From positions 5,047 through 37,225 of the forward strand of contig JADFAP010000017.1 of NCBI GenBank assembly GCA_015121965.1: DNA of 32,179 nucleotides. The letters are read 5' to 3'. Made by a program: the position numbers and the translations under genes. The stretch's first letter is position 1, and every line of letters begins with the position of its first letter. Positions 25,091 to 32,179 of the stretch are shown here, one piece after another. The notes beneath the pieces are model-generated. The model worked only from the letters and a program-made list of their open reading frames with translations, did no database searches and had not been told where the DNA came from. Source of the DNA: Candidatus Acidifodinimicrobium mancum. GTDB taxonomy: Archaea; Nanobdellota; Nanobdellia; Parvarchaeales; Parvarchaeaceae.

Positions 25091-25375
25091 TCAGAGTTTA
25101 TTCAGGGAACCGTTCTTTCCAACGTTAAGTTGTATCTGCCCGTGGAAGTCCTTTGTGTATCCATTGACTATCTCCACCTTATCCCCAACGCTGACCATAT
25201 CGATCTGCTTACCCCACAGGGAAAGCTGTATCTCTCCGGTCTCGTCCTTGAGTTTAGCGGTGGCCACTCTGTTCATTCCGAACCTAGTGGTTATCTCCTT
25301 GGGCTGAGATATCTCTGTTATCTCTCCACTTACGCTTACTTCATTCATTCCGTTTGTCACTTCATTTATTTTCAT
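25091..25375 (-). CDS. ssb: Single-OB-fold single-stranded DNA-binding protein (crenarchaeal SSB-like)
   Basis: KI.E...G...V...G.I, VATA.LKDETGEIQLSLW, GDKVEI.NGY..F.G..QLNVG..G. Confidence 0.92.
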   Translation of the reverse strand: MKINEVTNGMNEVSVSGEITEISQPKEITTRFGMNRVATAKLKDETGEIQLSLWGKQIDMVSVGDKVEIVNGYTKDFHGQIQLNVGKNGSLNKL

Positions 25376-25388
25376 TTTTACCTTCTTT

Positions 25389-25424
25389 GCCAGTTTAAAG
25401 CGTCAAAAGACACCATAAACAAGC
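25389..25424 (-). promoter_or_regulatory. Hairpin in the ssb 5' leader
   Basis: GCUUGUUUAUGGUGUC-UUUU-GACGCUUUAAACUGGC: 14 of 16 positions pair, including three G-U. Lies between a TATA-like ATTTAAAT (~25449-25456) and SD-like GAAGGT. Confidence 0.5.
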
Positions 25425-25552
25425 ATTCTATTATGATGCTATCACCTTATTTAAATCATGTGGTGGGCCCATGAAGGCAGACTAAGTTGGCAATTAGATG
25501 AAGTCTTCCCTCAAATGTTTTTAAATATATAGATACTATGCTTTAGTTGTCT

Positions 25553-26587
25553 ATGGTAAATCTGCAAGGCACTCCAAATATAATTCAGAACAGTGGTCTA
25601 AGCCAAAATACCAAGCATGTCAGCCAATTAGTAAATATGCCATTACCAAAGCGAAGGCGGGATAAAGGGACTGCCTTAGTCGTCATCCTTGCGATTGTGG
25701 CGGTGGCAGTTGTGATCGGCCTTCTACACTTTAATATAATCAAATTACCAGTTTCTGTCCAGAATATCTCATCCTCATCGAACATCAACGCATTCGCATC
25801 TGCCAATACGACGCAAAGCGTGATGAAGATAATAAACTCCCATATCGTCAGCAACGCAGCCTTCAACGTGGCATACAATGGCGAGACTGGATTAAAGTTA
25901 GGGGCTACGACTATAAACATACCGACTACTCTGTCATTCGTAAAGAATGGCAACTTATTTAGGATTTCTTTCAGTGTGAACTACTCCTCCATTTCAAACT
26001 TCATATCAAGTCTATTCAACTTTACTTCAATCAATTCATCCATCCAGAATAAGACGGTCCAGCTCATTCCGCCGTTAGTGTCGGGGCTGCTGATTTACAA
26101 TGGCACTGGAATAAACTTTTGCAACGTGAAAAACTCTTCCTTCTCAAATTGCTCCTATGAACAGCTTTCAATCCCAGCGCAGAATATCCTGTACTCAATG
26201 ATAAATGCCGGCAGCACAAATTCCACAGAGGCAGTGCAACCAGCTAATTATTCAAATCTTCTGTCTGATATAAATACCTCAACTTATCCAGTCTTCACTT
26301 ATAAGGGGGTATCAAGTTATGGCGGCCAGCAGTGCTCTTTAGATGATATCGGGCCGGTTGATATAGGCAATTATTCTTACGTAGGAAGCGTATGTTTTTC
26401 AGATTCTTTGGGGCTGCCGCTAACTCTACAGCTTAAAGCCTCACCAACATCCATACCAACGGGAAATTTCAGTCTGTTTTCTAACATAGGGTTCAGCCTG
26501 AGTTTTGCGGCGGCTGTTAACAGCACCACACCTTCATCTTCATACATAACTGCATTGCCGAACGGTGCCGTATTCTACAAGAAGTGA
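25553..26587 (+). CDS. Membrane-anchored surface glycoprotein (Ser/Asn-rich)
   Basis: Basic patch KRRRDKG followed by one hydrophobic helix; 15 N-x-S/T sequons counted after the helix; 4 Cys. Confidence 0.78.
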   Translation: MVNLQGTPNIIQNSGLSQNTKHVSQLVNMPLPKRRRDKGTALVVILAIVAVAVVIGLLHFNIIKLPVSVQNISSSSNINAFASANTTQSVMKIINSHIVSNAAFNVAYNGETGLKLGATTINIPTTLSFVKNGNLFRISFSVNYSSISNFISSLFNFTSINSSIQNKTVQLIPPLVSGLLIYNGTGINFCNVKNSSFSNCSYEQLSIPAQNILYSMINAGSTNSTEAVQPANYSNLLSDINTSTYPVFTYKGVSSYGGQQCSLDDIGPVDIGNYSYVGSVCFSDSLGLPLTLQLKASPTSIPTGNFSLFSNIGFSLSFAAAVNSTTPSSSYITALPNGAVFYKK

Positions 26588-26637
26588 AAAAATGTGGGAA
26601 GATTAACAATTTAAATGTAAAATACCTATTCTTTTGA

Positions 26638-27342
26638 ATGGCTGATCAAGAGTTGGGGAAGCAGATAAATTCAGAGCTTCATGAGATATACCTAGGATAC
26701 GTAAAGGCGTTCTTAATCGTACCGAGTACCTCAAATACAAAGGACTTGATACTGGTTGACACAGGTTTGCCTGGCAAGGGCAAAGACGCCATAATAAGAT
26801 ACATTGACAGTATCGGGCATTCGATAGAAGATGTCAAGTACATAATACTCACCCACGCGCATATGGATCATTTTGGAAACGCATACGATCTCCAAAAGCT
26901 ATCTGGCGCGCATATAGGCATAAAGGAGGAGGGTATAAAGTATGTTAATGGAGAAGCTGGGCTGCTTTATCCAGTGGCGCATGATTTTAAGAACAAAATG
27001 ATGGTGAATTTCATAAAGGTAATTGGGCGTTTCTCCAAGCCAAAGTACATAAAGCCGGACATGGTCCTGAAGGAGGGCGACTTCCCTGAGGCGATGGGAG
27101 TAAATGCGAGGATATTGGAGACACCAGGACACACGGCAGACTCAATATCAATCTACTTAAAGGACTCAAAGACGATTTTAGTCGGCGACTTACTTTTCGG
27201 CAAAGACGGCTTAAGAGCGCCAGTTTTCTATGAGGATTATGCTTCGCTTCTTAATAGCGTTAAGAAAGTGAAAGACGCAAACCCAGATCTTGTATGTGTT
27301 TCACACGGAAAGAATTATCCCCTCAGTGAATTGAAAATATAA
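26638..27342 (+). CDS. MBL-fold metallo-hydrolase
   Basis: LVDTG, THAHMDHFG (HxHxDH), TPGHT, VGDL and SHG motifs. Confidence 0.93.
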   Translation: MADQELGKQINSELHEIYLGYVKAFLIVPSTSNTKDLILVDTGLPGKGKDAIIRYIDSIGHSIEDVKYIILTHAHMDHFGNAYDLQKLSGAHIGIKEEGIKYVNGEAGLLYPVAHDFKNKMMVNFIKVIGRFSKPKYIKPDMVLKEGDFPEAMGVNARILETPGHTADSISIYLKDSKTILVGDLLFGKDGLRAPVFYEDYASLLNSVKKVKDANPDLVCVSHGKNYPLSELKI

Positions 27343-27387
27343 ACCTGCAGCTTATAATTGTGGGGAATCCTCTGTACAATCTAAAGT

Positions 27388-28311
27388 TTATGTGCTCAAG
27401 CTTTTAAATATCTCGCTAAGGTCAACAGTGGAGCGACCTTCAGAATCGCTTATCTCTTCGTCTATTGGTGGAGGCATCTTGCTTCTTTTCATCCTGTCTT
27501 CGAAGGTGTCTGCGTTTTCCCACTGGAAAAACAAGCCCGTGTGCTTATCCTCCATCTTCTCGGACATCAAAAGGTTCAAGGCCTGAAGCTTCTTTGCATT
27601 TACTTCTTCAAGGTTACTTGGATCACTTACCTTACCGTCATATGTATTTGGAAGAGGATGGGTGTGGGTAGAAAACCAGGCTGAAGATGTGTATTCTGGG
27701 TTGTAGGTTGGGCATCCTTGCAGTATGTCTATAAGCGCAAGCCCTTTATGCTGTATGGCTTTGACTATCAGTTCGGTCTGCTCCTTAACATTATAACTTT
27801 GGGTCCTTGCAACGAATGTGTAGCCTGCTATTATTGCCAAGCTCAATGGATCAAGCGCCCCATTGATATTGGGTTCAGGCCACCCCTTGACCTTCATGTT
27901 TTCCTGCAGTGTCGGACTTATTTGTCCCTTCGTTAATCCGTACACCCCATTGTCGTGTATCAACAGCTTAATGTCGACATTCCTTCTGCCTGCACTTATG
28001 AAGTGTCCAACTCCAATACCATAGGTGTCGCCGTCCCCCGCGTTCACAAACACGGTAAGCTCCGGATTAGCTATCTTTACTCCCTCAGCAAACGGTATAG
28101 CCCTCCCGTGCAGAGTATGTATCCCATTTACGTTGACGAAGTTAGGGAGCTTGGATGAGCAGCCTATCCCTGACACATCCACAACCTTCTTAGGATCAAG
28201 ATTAGCTTGTATTATCGCATTTTTAACAGCCAGAAGAATGCCTGTGTCGCCGCACTGCGGGCACCAGTCATTCTGCTCATGCGAGTTAAGATCGCTAAGA
28301 CTAATAGTCAT
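27388..28311 (-). CDS. 2-oxoacid:ferredoxin oxidoreductase beta subunit
   Basis: WCPQCGD, SGIGCS, LHGRA, GDGD...DNGVYGLTKGQ.SPT (TPP-binding), QGCPTYN. Confidence 0.96.
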   Translation of the reverse strand: MTISLSDLNSHEQNDWCPQCGDTGILLAVKNAIIQANLDPKKVVDVSGIGCSSKLPNFVNVNGIHTLHGRAIPFAEGVKIANPELTVFVNAGDGDTYGIGVGHFISAGRRNVDIKLLIHDNGVYGLTKGQISPTLQENMKVKGWPEPNINGALDPLSLAIIAGYTFVARTQSYNVKEQTELIVKAIQHKGLALIDILQGCPTYNPEYTSSAWFSTHTHPLPNTYDGKVSDPSNLEEVNAKKLQALNLLMSEKMEDKHTGLFFQWENADTFEDRMKRSKMPPPIDEEISDSEGRSTVDLSEIFKSLST

Positions 28312-30109
28312 TCAGTATCACCTTCTTTTCTCCTTTGAGAACTCTATTGAGTCCATCTTTTAGTTCATCTTTGTCTATTATCCTGCCATTGTACTTCAGT
28401 ATTTGGTTCTCTATAAGTATTCCAGTCTTTGATGCTATATGTTGTCTAAGTTGGCCACTTATGTTCTCTTCGATGCAGACAACTTTTTTGGCCTTTCTTA
28501 TTATATTTTCTATCTCGGGATCAAGTGGCTCTATGAGTTTTATCTGCAGAAATGCAGTTTTGTCGTTAAGTGCATCCAGTATAGCTCCCTTAGGTGATCC
28601 CCAACTGACAATTAATAGGTCCGCTTTGTCTGGATAACCATACAGGTTAAATTTGTCCTTTATACCTATGCTCTTGAGTATAAGTTCATCTTTTTTGTTT
28701 CTCTTTTCCATCATTCTGATCCTATTCATAGGCTCCTCATATGGATGCCCATATTCGTCGTGCTCGTCGCCGGCTATCCACATGACATGATCGCTTCTTC
28801 CTGGGATAAGCCTGGGAGATACGCCATCCTCCGTAAAGCTGAATCTTTTGAAGTCCCCATCATATCCTGCCTTGTCAACTAGCTTTCCGCGTTTTATCCT
28901 GTATGAGCTCTTGAAGTTGTCTATATAGCTTTTCTTCACGCTCTTGTATATCTGCGAGATTGATTTTTCACTCAGAACTATCGTCGGGACCTGGAAAGTT
29001 TCGGCGTAGTTGAATGCTTCGGCTGTTATGGATATCGCTTCCTCCAAATCCCCAGGTGCTATGACCATTCTGCTGAAATCCCCATGCCCCTGATGTATTG
29101 CGAATTCAAGGTCGGCTTGCTCTGTTCTGGTCGGTAAGCCGGTTGCAGGCGCGCCGCGCTGATGATCCACCACAACAATGGGTGTTTCAGTCATGCCTGC
29201 GTAACTTATTGTCTCCGTCATCAATGCAAATCCTGGCCCGGATGTCGATGTAGATGCCCTTACTCCTGCTATAGATGCCCCAGTAACCATTCCTATGACC
29301 GCCAATTCACTTTCAGGCTGTATGACCCTTATTCCTAGCTCAGGATGAGATTCTAAGAATACACTTTCATCGCTTGCTGGTGTAATCGGGTAGTAGACTT
29401 GCATCTTACACCCTCCTATAGCTTTGCCGATGGCACTAGCCTCATACCCCTCAAGAAGCAGCTGCTCCTCATTTTTAATCGGTGTAAGCTTAGCCAGACC
29501 TGGAATAGATAAAGTTTTCAGGTAGTTTAGAGTCTCATCTAATGTGTTTGTGTTCATCTTTATCACGGCTTCGCCTTTGTTGGAAAACTCAGATCCAAGA
29601 ACAGTCCTTAGAATCTCAGTATCCACCCCAAATAGGTACGCAGATATAGCGACTATTGATGTGTTTTTGGCTATCATAACATCGCTGGATTTAACTCCCA
29701 TCTTCTTAGCGACGTTGTTTATTATCTGGTCAAAGTCTATTTGCACAACTTTTATGTCGCTTCTCTTGATCTGGCTTACGTCAACGTTCTTGTCTACAAT
29801 CAGCATTCCGCCGCTCTTGACGTCCTTTATGTGGCCATCGTGTATTGTTTCACCGTGCTCGTTCTTCTCCCCGAAAACCGATTCCTTATCTGGAAAAACT
29901 GCAAGGTCGACCTTGCTTGACTGCGAGTTGATGGCGGCATCAGAAACTCTGACTGTGAAGAAGCTGTGCATGCCCTTTATGTTTGAGAAGTACTCTCTAT
30001 ACCCATAAACATTGTACCCATTTTTTACAAGCACCTTTGAGAACAGGCTTGCAGCGGAATCTATACCGGTGCCTTGCTTCCCACCAGTCATCCAACTAAC
30101 ATCAATCAT
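28301..30109 (-). CDS. 2-oxoacid:ferredoxin oxidoreductase alpha subunit (gamma-alpha fusion)
   Basis: GGKQGTGI, EYFSNIKG.H, YYPITPAS, Q.ESE, TSGPG and QRGAPATGLPT motifs. ATG at 30109 preferred; the frame is open to 30154. Confidence 0.96.
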   Translation of the reverse strand: MIDVSWMTGGKQGTGIDSAASLFSKVLVKNGYNVYGYREYFSNIKGMHSFFTVRVSDAAINSQSSKVDLAVFPDKESVFGEKNEHGETIHDGHIKDVKSGGMLIVDKNVDVSQIKRSDIKVVQIDFDQIINNVAKKMGVKSSDVMIAKNTSIVAISAYLFGVDTEILRTVLGSEFSNKGEAVIKMNTNTLDETLNYLKTLSIPGLAKLTPIKNEEQLLLEGYEASAIGKAIGGCKMQVYYPITPASDESVFLESHPELGIRVIQPESELAVIGMVTGASIAGVRASTSTSGPGFALMTETISYAGMTETPIVVVDHQRGAPATGLPTRTEQADLEFAIHQGHGDFSRMVIAPGDLEEAISITAEAFNYAETFQVPTIVLSEKSISQIYKSVKKSYIDNFKSSYRIKRGKLVDKAGYDGDFKRFSFTEDGVSPRLIPGRSDHVMWIAGDEHDEYGHPYEEPMNRIRMMEKRNKKDELILKSIGIKDKFNLYGYPDKADLLIVSWGSPKGAILDALNDKTAFLQIKLIEPLDPEIENIIRKAKKVVCIEENISGQLRQHIASKTGILIENQILKYNGRIIDKDELKDGLNRVLKGEKKVILNDY

Positions 30110-30207
30110 CAGTATATCTGATTCTTCATCATTTAAATTCTTTTTAGATCCCATTGAAAATAAAAGTTTTTATTGGTTGTTTTCGTCCTAATATTTGAGG
30201 TGATATT

Positions 30208-30396
30208 ATGAAGTACGAATTTGCATGCAAGGATATAGGGATGACGTGTGGTTTTAAGACCAGCGCGAAAACAAAGGAAGAGTTGATGCCGAAGATAGCT
30301 GAACATGCTAAGACTGTTCATGGCATAGACCCGATACCTCCAGATTTGATGAAGAAGGTCGAGGCTGCCATAAAGGAGAAGAAAGGCTTCTTTTAG
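30208..30396 (+). CDS. DUF1059 small metal-binding protein
   Basis: FACKDIGMTCGF...T.EEL...I.EHA..VHG; SD GAGGTGA upstream. Confidence 0.9.
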   Translation: MKYEFACKDIGMTCGFKTSAKTKEELMPKIAEHAKTVHGIDPIPPDLMKKVEAAIKEKKGFF

Positions 30397-30500
30397 GATT
30401 GCATCTCAGGGTGATTCTGTAGAAAGAGATATCGCTCTACTTATGCGATTAATTGCAGCTGAGCGGTTCTCCAAATAGCCAGGAAACCTTTGCTGGATAA

Positions 30501-30680
30501 CTATCTCTTTAACACCAACCCATAGTGATGCGGTTCGCTGTCAAATTTTCGGTCAAGCTTAAAACCTGAAAAGGCTATAAGATAATCATCCTCGCTCATT
30601 CTTATTGAGAGGGGCGGGCCGAACACCCTTCGCTCTTTTTTCCAATCGATTATAATACTTCAATTCTCTCTTTTATTGGT
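30501..30680 (-). pseudogene. C-terminal remnant of a class I SAM methyltransferase
   Basis: KREN*SIIIDWKKERRVFGPPLSIRMSEDDYLIAFSGFKLDRKFDSEPHHYGLVLKR*. The IIDWKK..GPP..IR..HYGL tail is typical of this family. An in-frame TGA at 30660-30662 sits where Gly is expected, and the SAM-binding N-half is absent. Confidence 0.7.
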
Positions 30681-30726
30681 TTTTTGATATTCTATAATTC
30701 TATTTGTGTTTATGTACATTGCACGT

Positions 30727-31152
30727 CTACTGTAGTTTTTGGACCATCTTCAAGACCATCTGCTTTATAATATCCCTGTTCTCCCTTTGCTGGTTGATAA
30801 AGTCCTTGGTCCTTGCGTCAGAATCACGTATAGGATAATATTCTGTTTTTGGAGAATCAGCTACATATTTAGGCAGTATATGAATTTGTTTGCTATCCAA
30901 TAATACTATTACTTTATCGGCGTTTTCAACATCTTTCTTTGTGACTCCTTTTCCAAGCCTGAGAGGTATTTTTATGCCCAATTCTTTCATTACCGCTGCA
31001 GTAGTTTCTATGCCTTTACGGCTTGCTGGCAGCTTCGGATTTTGTCCTACCCCACGACTGAAAGCCTCGTTCTTTTTGGAAAATTTGTTAAAGAAAGCGG
31101 CAGCCATACGACTTCTTCCGGCATTATACTTGCATATGAATAAAACCTTCAT
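30727..31152 (-). CDS. Low-molecular-weight phosphatase / ArsC-family protein
   Basis: MKVLFICKYNAGRSRMAAAF (CX5RS P-loop), S.G, VMKELGI, ADKVI. ATG at 31152. Confidence 0.88.
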   Translation of the reverse strand: MKVLFICKYNAGRSRMAAAFFNKFSKKNEAFSRGVGQNPKLPASRKGIETTAAVMKELGIKIPLRLGKGVTKKDVENADKVIVLLDSKQIHILPKYVADSPKTEYYPIRDSDARTKDFINQQRENRDIIKQMVLKMVQKLQ

Positions 31153-31245
31153 ACAACCACAATTAGTATAAACGAGGATATTATTAAAAATGTTATCCTG
31201 ATGATCTGTCGCCCTATGCAAATGTTAAAAGTATAACCCTGGCAT

Positions 31246-31638
31246 TTATATGTTATCTTCGATGAACTTTTTCAGTGCTGTTAGATCCCTTTTTGAATTG
31301 TCGTAGTAATAAGTCTTGATCCCGACTGAATGCGCACTTTTGACAGCGTCAGGGTCGTGCTCAAAATATATGACGTCCTTTTTATCCAAACCAAGTTGCT
31401 TAAGCATGATTCTATAGTAGTCTGGATTCTGCTTTTCCGGATTGTGCTTTAATGTAAATATCTTATATGGCATCTTATCTAGGCCAAACCTCTTGAACTG
31501 TTCATCGTTAGCGCCAGTAAGAATTATTTTTGTATTTGGAAACCTCTCAAGTAAACGGTACATGTCCTCAAATATTTTAAATGCGCCGCTCTGCTCTATT
31601 ACAAATGCGTCCACTGCATCGACTAATATAGTTTTCAT
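31246..31638 (-). CDS. Small HAD-superfamily hydrolase (capless)
   Basis: TILVDAVDAF (motif I-like), ILTGA (II), PEK..P.YY (III), YFEHD..AV.SA.S.GI (IV-like). ATG at 31638. Confidence 0.78.
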   Translation of the reverse strand: MKTILVDAVDAFVIEQSGAFKIFEDMYRLLERFPNTKIILTGANDEQFKRFGLDKMPYKIFTLKHNPEKQNPDYYRIMLKQLGLDKKDVIYFEHDPDAVKSAHSVGIKTYYYDNSKRDLTALKKFIEDNI

Positions 31639-31727
31639 ACCACCACCCAAAATATTATGTTTTAGTACATAAATCTATTTAAGTGTTTTTGTAAGAGAAT
31701 TGCACAAGCTTCTCTTGTAAACCACAA

Positions 31728-31800
31728 TGCTCCCACCGGGATTTGAACCCGGGTCTGTGACTCGAGAGGCCACTGTCCTTGGCCGCTAGACTATAGGAGC
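31728..31800 (-). tRNA. tRNA-Glu(CTC)
   Basis: Reverse complement: GCTCCTA/TGGGAGC acceptor stem, anticodon arm GTGGC-CTCTCGA-GTCAC, GGTTCAAATCC. Confidence 0.96.
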
Positions 31801-31914
31801 AGCCATAGAATACTATTGAAAGAATAATATTAATAATTGACAGAATTTATGTCTTAGACTTTGCCAGTTTACAGAGATATCAAACATTTAATATTAAATC
31901 TGCTTTGAATCAGT

Positions 31915-32179
31915 ATGGATAAGAATTTCCTAGCTGCGGTCAGCACGGTCGTCGGCACACTTGTAGGTGGGGGTATCCTAGCTCTTCCATACGCAATGTC
32001 AAAGTCCGGCTTCTTCTATGGATTACTAATGCTTGCGGTAGTCGGAATAGCTTCTATTCTTATAACATTATATACGGCAGAGCTGTCGCTGAGGTCGAAG
32101 AGGATGCATCAGCTTCCCATACTGATAGGCGATTCACTGGGGAAGAAGTTTAAAGGATTGGTCTTAGTCTTGCAGTTCA
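31915..32179 (+). CDS. Amino acid permease (HAAAP/aromatic amino acid transporter type), N-terminal part
   Basis: Manual translation MDKNFLAAVSTVVGTLVGGGILALPYAMSKSGF...LYTAELSLR...LGKK matches the GTxxGxGxLxLP motif; runs off the window edge. Confidence 0.88.
   Translation, partial: MDKNFLAAVSTVVGTLVGGGILALPYAMSKSGFFYGLLMLAVVGIASILITLYTAELSLRSKRMHQLPILIGDSLGKKFKGLVLVLQF

Noticed and set aside
30397..30500. Weak inverted repeat after DUF1059
   Set aside because: Pairing is imperfect and there is no U tract or other support for a terminator or ncRNA.
30660..30662. TGA read-through (Sec or alternative genetic code) in the methyltransferase remnant
   Set aside because: TGA is a normal stop for many genes here (rpoE1, rtcB, trmB, rpa), and the SAM-binding half of the gene is missing anyway.
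669..31672. Many antisense or alternate-frame ORFs in the track (e.g. 669-1169, 3409-3825, 5029-5457, 8287-8706, 25130-25474, 29544-30008)
   Set aside because: They are shadows of well-supported genes, mostly Ser/Phe/Leu-rich mirror translations of purine-rich coding strands, with no motifs.
2444..31800. Intron-containing, split or permuted tRNAs
   Set aside because: All four tRNAs fold as complete, uninterrupted cloverleaves of normal length.
1..32179. CRISPR array, IS element, integrase or att direct repeats
   Set aside because: No regularly spaced repeats, transposase or recombinase motifs, or duplicated tRNA 3' ends were found by eye. Short degenerate repeats could have been missed.

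Overview
Core-genome segment of a small-genome DPANN archaeon. The gene content and divergence suggest an acidophilic Parvarchaeota/ARMAN-type organism, which is an inference from protein families only. Housekeeping genes: rpoE'-spt4-rpS24e-rpS27ae, ogg1, thiI, rtcB-archease, a TrmB/TrmBL2-like gene, smc, rsmA, a PRC-barrel gene, rpS17e, a small TOPRIM gene, rqc2/NFACT, aglH, pmm-rpa, ssb and a 2-oxoacid:ferredoxin oxidoreductase alpha/beta pair. There are four intron-less tRNAs (Ser-TGA, Thr-GGT, Gln-TTG, Glu-CTC). Each tRNA 3' end is followed by a small, apparently AT-rich accessory islet with no integrase; two of these islets contain gene remnants missing from the ORF track. The most unusual structure is the leader of a NYN/LabA-family ribonuclease gene behind tRNA-Thr: a TATA box, an 11-codon micro-ORF folding into a strand-specific cUACGg hairpin, and a U10 tract 3 nt before the nuclease ATG. 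This resembles an attenuator or a small-RNA/nuclease module. Also notable are a structured leader on ssb, a tandem pair of divergent orphan paralogues, and a foreign-looking gene appended to the pmm-rpa operon. No CRISPR array, transposase or integrase was seen.
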